Assembly (NCBI GenBank): GCA_009779855.1
Contig: WRBC01000005.1
Span: 43,115-107,114, forward strand
Length of the DNA: 64,000 nt
Direction: 5' to 3'
DNA from: Coriobacteriia bacterium
GTDB taxonomy: Bacteria > Actinomycetota > Coriobacteriia > WRKU01 > WQUG01
Below are positions 56,613 through 64,000 of this stretch, one piece after another. Numbering within the stretch: the stretch's first letter is position 1; every line of letters begins with the position of its first letter. Position numbers and translations under genes: made by a program. The notes under the pieces were generated by a model. The model worked only from the letters and a program-made list of their open reading frames with translations, made no database searches and had not been told where the DNA came from.

Positions 56613-57442
56613 TGGACGTACTTACAAAAATCAAACTTGTTGAAGCTAAACTGAAGGCTATATTAGATAAAAATGGTGTCGTTATGCCAGAGGTTGCCAT
56701 TGTATTAGGAAGCGGACTCTCTGATGTTGCAGACAATGTTATAGATCCACTTGTTATTTCCTATGATGAACTTGCAGACTTTCCTGTGGCTACAGCTCCA
56801 GGTCACAAGGGGCGTTTTGTTGTGGGTAATCTGGGGGATACTCCTGTGATAATAATGCAGGGACGCATCCACTACTATGAGGGTTATCCAATGACAGATG
56901 TTGTTCTTCCCGTGCGCGTGCTTGCTCGCCTAGGTGTTAAGAATTTTGTTTTGACCAACGCTGTAGGTGGCCTAGCAGACGGAATGCGCGAGGGTGACCT
57001 AATGCTCATTACTGACCATATTTCAACCTTTGTTCCTTCTCCGCTTATTGGTCCTAATATTGATGAGCTTGGCTTGCGCTTTACCGACATGACTCATGTT
57101 TATGATGTAGGTTTACAGAATGTTTTCCGCGAAGCGGCAGATAAGCTGGATATTCGCCTGCTCGAAGGGGTATATGCTCAGTTCACGGGACCCCAATTTG
57201 AGACTCCGACAGAGATTCAATTACTGAAAGGCTTGGGTATTGATGTTGTTGGCATGAGTACCGTTGTAGAGGCCATTGCACTACGCCATATGGATATTCG
57301 TGTCAGTGGGGTTAGCTGCATCACAAATCTGGCAGCGGGCATTAGTGACGAGCTACTATGCGGCAGTGACGTGGTAGATGTTGGGACCGAAGTCGGACCA
57401 ACTGTGACGGCTCTAATCTCTGAAGCTGTCAGGAATTTTTAG
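56612..57442 (+). CDS. punA: Purine nucleoside phosphorylase (trimeric PNP-I/PunA type)
   Basis: 'GRIHYYEGY' and 'VGMSTVVEAI' (PNP family-1 signatures). Confidence 0.9.
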   Translation: MDVLTKIKLVEAKLKAILDKNGVVMPEVAIVLGSGLSDVADNVIDPLVISYDELADFPVATAPGHKGRFVVGNLGDTPVIIMQGRIHYYEGYPMTDVVLPVRVLARLGVKNFVLTNAVGGLADGMREGDLMLITDHISTFVPSPLIGPNIDELGLRFTDMTHVYDVGLQNVFREAADKLDIRLLEGVYAQFTGPQFETPTEIQLLKGLGIDVVGMSTVVEAIALRHMDIRVSGVSCITNLAAGISDELLCGSDVVDVGTEVGPTVTALISEAVRNF

Positions 57443-57535
57443 TCGGTAACGGTGGTAATCAGAAGCCAGCAGCCAGTAACTAGAAGCGCTCTAGATATCT
57501 TAAGGCAGCCCAATCTTAGAAAGTGAAACATCTCT

Positions 57536-58513
57536 ATGAGAGCAATAGTCCATGATGGGGCAAGAACCTACTTTACTACTGACCATCCTGAACCAAAGTT
57601 AGAAGCAGGGGAGGCACTGGTTAAAGTTACTCTTGCTGCACTTTGCAATACTGACCGTGAAGTTATGGCGGGTTACTCGCCAGGATTCAATAACGTTATG
57701 GGGCACGAATTCGTGGGAATTGTTGCAGCCGTAGCTGACAGCACAGATCAGGCGGCAGCTTCGTTAGTGGGTAAGCGTGTTGTAGGAGAGATTAACCTAA
57801 GCTGCTTTAGCACCGACTGTCCCTACTGTTCCACGGGACGCTCGACACAGTGTCCAGAACGAACAGTGGCAGGCATCCACGGCAGGGATGGTTGTTTTGC
57901 GGATTACCTTGCCCTACCCACACGTCTGCTGCATGTGATTCCAGACAGCTTGCCAGATGACGTTGCTATCTATGCAGAGCCCTTAGCAGCGGCACTGCGC
58001 ATTACAGAGCTGTCGCATATTTCGCCAGATCAGCCTATTGCACTGGTAGGTGATGGGCGTCTTGCCTACATGATTGCACAGGTCATAGCCTTAACCGGGG
58101 CTCCTTTGACGGTCTTTGGTCTCTCTGAAGATAAGTTAGCATTGTTTGAACCTTTTGCAGTGGACACGCAGTTAGTTAAACAGGCCGCTCAGACTAATGA
58201 CATTCATGGTTATGAGGTTGTCATAGATGCGACAGGACACCCTTCAGGCCTGACGACTGCGCTAAGCTTAGTTCGGTCAGGGGGTCTGCTTGTTATGAAG
58301 TCGACCTATGCTTCAAGTGTAGAAATCAATATGAGTGAAGTAGTTGTGCGTGAACTTACCATTCGAGGCAATCGCTGCGGACCTTTTGCTCCCGCCTTGC
58401 GTTATCTTGATCGCGGAATGATTCACTTGCCTTCCGCAGAGGTTTTCAATCCTGCAGATTTTCAGGAGGCCTTCAAGTCAGAGGCGTTTAAGACGGTACT
58501 TGATTTCAGTTAA
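57536..58513 (+). CDS. Zinc-dependent medium-chain alcohol/polyol dehydrogenase family protein
   Basis: 'GHEFVG' catalytic-zinc motif. Structural-zinc cysteines 'CPYCSTGRSTQC'. Confidence 0.8.
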   Translation: MRAIVHDGARTYFTTDHPEPKLEAGEALVKVTLAALCNTDREVMAGYSPGFNNVMGHEFVGIVAAVADSTDQAAASLVGKRVVGEINLSCFSTDCPYCSTGRSTQCPERTVAGIHGRDGCFADYLALPTRLLHVIPDSLPDDVAIYAEPLAAALRITELSHISPDQPIALVGDGRLAYMIAQVIALTGAPLTVFGLSEDKLALFEPFAVDTQLVKQAAQTNDIHGYEVVIDATGHPSGLTTALSLVRSGGLLVMKSTYASSVEINMSEVVVRELTIRGNRCGPFAPALRYLDRGMIHLPSAEVFNPADFQEAFKSEAFKTVLDFS

Positions 58514-58635
58514 ACTGTAGTAAGCGAGAGGAAAAGAAAAGCTGGTCTAGGGTAACTGCCTTGATCTTGGTTTGACTATGATACTATTATAATCACATTT
58601 GCTCGGACAGAATCCAGATAGAAAAGGAAAGAACT

Positions 58636-59391
58636 ATGAAAAGAAATCGTCCAATAATCCTGACTTTTGTAATGGTCTTGCTTTGTGTAGCCATCATGGG
58701 TGCGCTAATGGGGTGTTCAGCAGAAGATGGTGAAGTAGGCAATATAATCGATCGTACCCTTTGGGATATGCGTGGCTATCCTAGCCAGCAAGAAATTCTA
58801 GAACGACTGGAAGAAAAATACGGGGAAGAATTCGGTCTTGTCAGCCTGAATCCAGGCGCACGCTTTTTTCAGGGTATTGCTTTTCCTCAAGACAATCCTG
58901 ATTTGCACTTTTCGCTAGAGATGAAGGATGATGAAGGCAATCCAGTGTCTATTGAATATATGCGCGACGATTATCAAGCTCGCTTGGCAGAAGTGTACAT
59001 TGAAGATAAGTTGACCCCAGTTTTCGAGGATGAGTTTGGGCCAGGTGAAATCGCGAGCCTTCGTATTGAGGTAGGCCTGTTTGACAGAAGGGAAGACGCA
59101 AGTTTGCCTCCTGTAGATTTTGAATGGCTTCCTAGTGATGGTCTGGATGCTTTAGCGACTACAGAAGATATCTCTATGCTAACGACCATCCATCTTATGC
59201 TGGAGTCTGTTGAACTGCTACGAACGATAGAGTTTGAACAGCTAGAACAATTGGCTGAGCTGATTGTCGAGGACGTGGGGATACCTTTGAGCGGTGACCT
59301 GTATCTTCGCGCAGTGGAGCAGAATCCTGTTGACGAGAGATACATACGCTGGACAGTAGAAGATGGTCAAATAAGTGAGGTCAATCCCTAG
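58636..59391 (+). CDS. Hypothetical lipoprotein
   Basis: Lipobox 'ALMGCS' after the signal peptide 'IILTFVMVLLCVAIMGA'. Acidic mature domain. Confidence 0.6.
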   Translation: MKRNRPIILTFVMVLLCVAIMGALMGCSAEDGEVGNIIDRTLWDMRGYPSQQEILERLEEKYGEEFGLVSLNPGARFFQGIAFPQDNPDLHFSLEMKDDEGNPVSIEYMRDDYQARLAEVYIEDKLTPVFEDEFGPGEIASLRIEVGLFDRREDASLPPVDFEWLPSDGLDALATTEDISMLTTIHLMLESVELLRTIEFEQLEQLAELIVEDVGIPLSGDLYLRAVEQNPVDERYIRWTVEDGQISEVNP

Positions 59392-59482
59392 GTCTGATTG
59401 CTGGCCTTCGGTCTAGCTTTAACTTCATAGTCACCAGCGGATTTAGCAATCTGCTGACTGAATAACTGGCGGCCTGCTAATA

Positions 59483-60196
59483 CTAATAGGTGTTGTTTTC
59501 TTCTTCTGTGTCAGTTACGATTGCAACTCCAGAGGAGGTACCTATTCTGGTGGCTCCTGCTTCTATCATGACTAGCGCAGTCTTGCGGTCTCGAATCCCT
59601 CCTGATGCTTTGACCCCCATGGGATCACCTAGGCCTGATATTCCGCGTGCTTTGCTCGCCATAAGCTGAACTGCATGGATGCTTGCTCCTGTTTTGCCGT
59701 CTGCGGTCATACCCGGTAAAAGCATTCCTGTTGAGGTCTTGACGTAATCTGCTCCAAAGTCCCAGCAGATCTCACAGGCACGAATGATTTCATTGTCGTT
59801 TAGTAGGGCTGTCTCTAGTATTACCTTTAAGATTGCTCCAGCTGCATGCGCTGCATCGGCTAGGGGGGCGATATCTTCGCGAAGGGTCTCAAGATTGTCA
59901 GTTTGCAGTGCGATGTTATTGATGACGGTATCTAGTTCTTGGGCACCATTAGCAAGTGCGAGTTTTGCCTCTGTCAGCTTGACACTAGCAGCATGAGCAC
60001 CTGTGGGAAAGCCTATTACTGTGCATACTTTCACCTCACTGTCATGCAATAAGTCTGCAGCAAGCTTTACCCAAATAGGGCTTATGCAAACTGCTGCAAA
60101 ATCATACTCCATCGCTTCAGCACAGAGTAGACGGATGTCAGTCTCGCTAGCATTAGGTGCCAAATTAGTGTGATCAATATACTTTGCAAGGTTCAA
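59483..60196 (-). CDS. deoC: Deoxyribose-phosphate aldolase
   Basis: 'IDHTNLAP', 'AAVCI', 'KVCTVIGFPTGA', Schiff-base region 'YVKTSTG'. Confidence 0.85.
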   Translation of the reverse strand: MNLAKYIDHTNLAPNASETDIRLLCAEAMEYDFAAVCISPIWVKLAADLLHDSEVKVCTVIGFPTGAHAASVKLTEAKLALANGAQELDTVINNIALQTDNLETLREDIAPLADAAHAAGAILKVILETALLNDNEIIRACEICWDFGADYVKTSTGMLLPGMTADGKTGASIHAVQLMASKARGISGLGDPMGVKASGGIRDRKTALVMIEAGATRIGTSSGVAIVTDTEEENNTY

Positions 60197-60227
60197 AATG
60201 AATCGCCTCTCTGATGCGTAGGTTCAA

Positions 60228-61208
60228 CTATCTTTTGGATTTGTCGTAGAGTTCACCCAGGGCTCGCGGCGCTTTATTGCTTCGCCCAAAGAAAGCAAGC
60301 AGCAGCAAGGTCACTACGAAGGGTGCAGTCATGGCAAGGTCAATCACTGCTGCGCTGGCATCGAAGACAGGCAGTAGCTGGAAAGCTGCACTGCGCGTTA
60401 GGCCAAATACTAAGCAGGCCGCAAAGGTGGGCACAATTCTCCAGTTACCAAAAATCAGTGCCGCAATGGCAAGGAATCCATAACCCATATATATCGCAGG
60501 CGAGAAGTTTGTTGATATCGAATAAGCAAAGCTCATGCCCCCGATACCTGCCAATGCTCCTGAGATTACAACTGCCCCAAAACGTACGCGACTTACGTTT
60601 ACTCCAGCAGCATCTAGCGCTTGAGGGTTGTCGCCAGCAGCACGAACACGTAATCCAAATTTTGTTTTATACAGTAAATACCAAAAGAAGGTTGCTACGA
60701 TTAGGATGATAAACATGAAGGGATATACGCGGGTAAACGCAGCTCCTATAATGGGAATTTCCATTAAGAAAGGAATATCCCATCTGGGTGATGTTTGCAA
60801 CATGAAGCGCTCAGAGGCTTCTCCAAAGAAGGTTGCGTTAATAGTTGAGGTTAGGAAGCCCGTTAGTGCGACTGACAAAATATTAATTACTACACCACTG
60901 ATGACTTGGTTTGCCATGAACTTTATACAGAGTACTGCATGGATGACAGCGAAGAGTGCTCCGCCTAGGGCTGCAAAAGCAAAACTTAGGTACATGGGCA
61001 AATCAGAACCTGTTGCAAATAGCCCCACTGTTGAGGCCACAAAAAGTGCGCCAGCAAAAGCCCCAAAGCCTAGTAAGCCTTCTAGTGCTAAGTTCACGAT
61101 ACCACTGCGCTCAGAATAGATTCCACCAATGGCAATAATCAAGAGGGGCAAAGCAAAACTTAGTCCATCCACTAGGATTGCTGCGTAATTTACGTTGAGG
61201 ATACTCAT
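60228..61208 (-). CDS. BMP-family (nucleoside) ABC transporter permease, NupQ/YufQ-like
   Basis: About 9 TM. 'IAIGGIYSERSGIVNLALEG' is typical of BMP-family permeases. Overlaps the upstream permease gene by 4 nt. Confidence 0.8.
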   Translation of the reverse strand: MSILNVNYAAILVDGLSFALPLLIIAIGGIYSERSGIVNLALEGLLGFGAFAGALFVASTVGLFATGSDLPMYLSFAFAALGGALFAVIHAVLCIKFMANQVISGVVINILSVALTGFLTSTINATFFGEASERFMLQTSPRWDIPFLMEIPIIGAAFTRVYPFMFIILIVATFFWYLLYKTKFGLRVRAAGDNPQALDAAGVNVSRVRFGAVVISGALAGIGGMSFAYSISTNFSPAIYMGYGFLAIAALIFGNWRIVPTFAACLVFGLTRSAAFQLLPVFDASAAVIDLAMTAPFVVTLLLLAFFGRSNKAPRALGELYDKSKR

Positions 61209-62485
61209 GCGTCATCACCCCCTTTAGTGGCATTATCGTCTGTATTAGCGTTAGCGTCTGCAAGGCTGCGCTTTTTTACATCCAGCCATGAACGTAGGTA
61301 ACCTCCGCAGGCAGTAAACAGTAAGATCATGCCGGTAATCAGTGCTGCAATTTCTTGACGTACACCTACGATTGAGCTCATATAAGTTGCTCCGCTTACT
61401 AAGGTAGCGATGAGTGTTGAAGCAAGAATGGCTCCTAGGGGATGAGCGTTGCCTAAGAAAGCTACAGCGATTGCGTCAAAACCAACCCCGGGTAATACTC
61501 CTGGGGCGATTGAGGGGACACTGGCCATGTAGTGAGTCACACCAGCAAGTCCGCCCATGGCGCCTGATATCGCCATGGCAACAATTACCGTGCGTCCAAT
61601 CTTGATGCCTGCATATTGCGCGGCTTTGGGACTTTTACCCACAGCCGTCATCTCGAAACCTTGCTTAGTTTTTGTTAGGAAGAACCACAGCAAGAAGGCC
61701 ATAATCAAAGCCAATAAAAATCCAACGGGAAGCCGTGCACTAGCTTCGCCTAACTGGACTGGTTCTGTCAGTAATCGTGCGTCAGCACTTGCTGCGCGCA
61801 TATTACGTGAAACAGGATCCTGATGGCTTGATGTGATGAAGTAGCTCACCGTTAGCATGAAAATATTATTGAGCATGATCGAAGAAACTACTTCATGAAT
61901 GTTAAAACGGTATTTCAAAAAACCAATCAGCGCGCCAGCTAAGGCACCCACAGCAATTGCAATAAGAAATACTAGCGGACGTGCAAGCCAAGCAGTCATG
62001 TCACTATAGCCCACAAGTACCGTGGCAAGAAACGCCGCTAAAATCATTTGACCTGCGACACCAATGTTAAAGAGGCCCGCACGCAGGGCAACAACAACCC
62101 CAAGGGCGCCAAAGAGTAAAGGGGTCAGTGTAGTAGCGAGGCCTACAAGATCAGTAAGTTGAGACTGTCCACCGCCGTAGTTTTCTTTTGGCCACCAGCC
62201 AGCACCAGCCAGTAATCCTCGAAATACGTCAAAAGGATTATTGCCAAAGATAAGGATTACCACAGATATTGTTAGTAGGGATAAGAAAATCGCAAGCAGG
62301 GGGATTGTCAACGATTGCCATCGTTCATTTCCAAAGCCCTTTACAAGACCCTGGGTCACCATTCTAGTTGCCTTGTCTAAAGATTTATTTAGACTGTTTA
62401 ATGCATGCCTTGGATCTCGTTGATCGTGTGGTTCATGGTCCTGTTGTTGGTTATCCTGCGGAGAGGCTCCAGAATTTTTAGTCAT
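61205..62485 (-). CDS. BMP-family (nucleoside) ABC transporter permease, NupP/YufP-like
   Basis: Multi-TM with the BMP-permease conserved 'GLFNIGVAGQM' region. Overlaps the ATPase gene. Confidence 0.8.
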   Translation of the reverse strand: MTKNSGASPQDNQQQDHEPHDQRDPRHALNSLNKSLDKATRMVTQGLVKGFGNERWQSLTIPLLAIFLSLLTISVVILIFGNNPFDVFRGLLAGAGWWPKENYGGGQSQLTDLVGLATTLTPLLFGALGVVVALRAGLFNIGVAGQMILAAFLATVLVGYSDMTAWLARPLVFLIAIAVGALAGALIGFLKYRFNIHEVVSSIMLNNIFMLTVSYFITSSHQDPVSRNMRAASADARLLTEPVQLGEASARLPVGFLLALIMAFLLWFFLTKTKQGFEMTAVGKSPKAAQYAGIKIGRTVIVAMAISGAMGGLAGVTHYMASVPSIAPGVLPGVGFDAIAVAFLGNAHPLGAILASTLIATLVSGATYMSSIVGVRQEIAALITGMILLFTACGGYLRSWLDVKKRSLADANANTDDNATKGGDDA

Positions 62486-64000
62486 TTTCTGTCACCCCCA
62501 TCATGTATTCGCCTACTTTGTTGGTGGTGAGTGTAGACGCAGGGGCCACCTTAAGCATTTGTCCTGCATACATCACTCCAATAGTGTCAGCTAAATCCAT
62601 GACCTCATCCAACTCTAGCGATATCAAAAGAATAGCCTTTCCCTTATCTCGTTCATCTAGGATACGCTCACGAATGGCCATAATCGCGCCAATATCTAAT
62701 CCGCGTGTAGGTTGAACAAATATAAGCAAATCGGCATCTTGGTCAATCTCTCGACCTACGATAGCTTTCTGCTGGTTTCCTCCACTCATTTCGCGTGTTG
62801 TTGTCTTACATCCGCGCGCACAACGAATATCAAAATCTTCGATGAGTTTTTCGGCACGCTCGGCGAAGGCAGTTGGGTTTAACAGAGAAGATGTGCAGAA
62901 GGGCGCCTGGTAATAGGATTTTAGAGCAAGATTTTGATCTAAACTAAAGTCAAGCACTAGCCCAACTGATTGACGATCCTCGGGGATGTAGGCAATGCCT
63001 GACTCGCAACGCTTGCGTACATTCAGCTTTGCTAAGTCACAGTCATTTAGCCTGATGCTGCCTTTTTTTACCTTCGTCAGTCCCGCAACGGCATCAGCAA
63101 GCTCTGTTTGTCCACTGCCCGATACCCCCGCAATTGCAAAGATTTCTCCGGCGCGTATTTCAAAGCTTACATCATTGACTTTTGGGAACCCGCTACTATC
63201 TTCAACGCGTAAATCTTGCACTTCAAGAACTGTTTTACCTATTGCTTTAGTAGGTCGCTTTGCGCTGAAGTTGATGTCGCGCCCAACCATTTTTGCAGCT
63301 AGTTCTGCAGGACTTGTGTTCTTTGTCTCGCTAACATCTACCAGCTTTCCGCGCACAAGAATTGCACAACGATCGCAGACTTCCATAACTTCATCTAGTT
63401 TGTGCGTAATAAAAATAACCGTCTTGCCTTGGTCGCGTAGATTTTTAATAATCTGAAGAAGACTTTCGATTTCCTGTGGGGTCAGCATGGCGGTAGGCTC
63501 GTCGAAGATGAGCAATTCCGCATCACGGTAAAGCATTTTTAAGATTTCGACACGCTGCTGAACAGACACGCCTAAATCACTGATGACAGCGCTCGGATCG
63601 ACCTCTAGACCATATTCCTTCGACAGCTCCTCGATGCGTTTCTCAGCATTTTTGATATCTACATAAGGAAAGATTCCCAAGGCGCGTTTTTTGGGTTCAT
63701 CCCCTAGAATGATGTTTTGCGTGACTGTGTAGTTGCTGATAAGTTTGAAGTGTTGATGGACCATCCCAATGTCAAGAGCGACAGCTTCATTGGGAGAATC
63801 GATTTGAGCCTCTTTTCCACGCATAAAGATTTGACCTTCGTCGGGCTGGTAAAGTCCAAAAATCATAGAGGCAAGGGTAGATTTCCCCGCACCGTTTTCC
63901 CCTAAAAGGGCATAAATCTCGCCCTTGCGAATATCTAAACTTACATCATCACAGGCGACAATGCCTGGAAATCGTTTGGTGACACCCTTTACCTCTAAAA
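62478..64000 (-). CDS. BMP-family ABC transporter ATPase (two NBDs), NupO/YufO-like; the 5' end extends beyond the window
   Basis: Window-end sequence encodes '...GENGAGKSTL' (Walker A of NBD1). Signature 'LSVQQRVEIL' and a second NBD 'GVSGSGQTEL...MSGGNQQKA'. No start codon inside the window. Confidence 0.85.
   Translation of the reverse strand, partial: LEVKGVTKRFPGIVACDDVSLDIRKGEIYALLGENGAGKSTLASMIFGLYQPDEGQIFMRGKEAQIDSPNEAVALDIGMVHQHFKLISNYTVTQNIILGDEPKKRALGIFPYVDIKNAEKRIEELSKEYGLEVDPSAVISDLGVSVQQRVEILKMLYRDAELLIFDEPTAMLTPQEIESLLQIIKNLRDQGKTVIFITHKLDEVMEVCDRCAILVRGKLVDVSETKNTSPAELAAKMVGRDINFSAKRPTKAIGKTVLEVQDLRVEDSSGFPKVNDVSFEIRAGEIFAIAGVSGSGQTELADAVAGLTKVKKGSIRLNDCDLAKLNVRKRCESGIAYIPEDRQSVGLVLDFSLDQNLALKSYYQAPFCTSSLLNPTAFAERAEKLIEDFDIRCARGCKTTTREMSGGNQQKAIVGREIDQDADLLIFVQPTRGLDIGAIMAIRERILDERDKGKAILLISLELDEVMDLADTIGVMYAGQMLKVAPASTLTTNKVGEYMMGVTEND

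Overview
This 64-kb window is a chromosomal segment from a monoderm (Gram-positive-type) bacterium. Gene content is Actinobacteria/Coriobacteriia- or Firmicutes-like: PASTA proteins, lipobox lipoproteins, ECF transporters, and Shine-Dalgarno-led, tightly overlapping genes. Almost everything is on the + strand, and most of it is housekeeping: a heterodimeric ABC exporter, gatC-gatA-[PASTA protein]-gatB, pncB, purA, purD, serC-like/serA, one tRNA, rmuC, and an aro operon (DAHP synthase-tyrA-aroA-aroC-chorismate mutase). The far end carries a nucleoside-salvage cluster (punA, deoC, BMP-type ABC transporter on the - strand). I found no transposase, integrase, CRISPR array or rRNA. The standout is an ~8-kb operon at 47.8-55.9 kb. 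It sits behind a clear cobalamin (B12) riboswitch. It encodes a 1176-aa cell-surface protein (transcobalamin-like DUF4430-type domain, two tandem ~160-aa repeats, PQQ/BamB-like beta-propeller, C-terminal TM anchor), a lipoprotein with a C-terminal DUF4430-like domain, and a complete ECF transporter module (EcfT, fused EcfA-A', S component). I read this as a previously uncharacterised surface B12-capture system feeding an ECF importer, a possible Gram-positive counterpart of the Bacteroides BtuG propeller. Other notable items are a single 1269-aa RecJ-HIRAN-RecQ-like fusion protein, a secreted seven-heme c-type cytochrome in a TPR/NHL-propeller cluster, and a five-PASTA membrane protein inserted inside the gatCAB operon. 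All domain calls come from reading motifs in the translations by eye. They need confirmation with hmmscan, cmsearch and BLAST.
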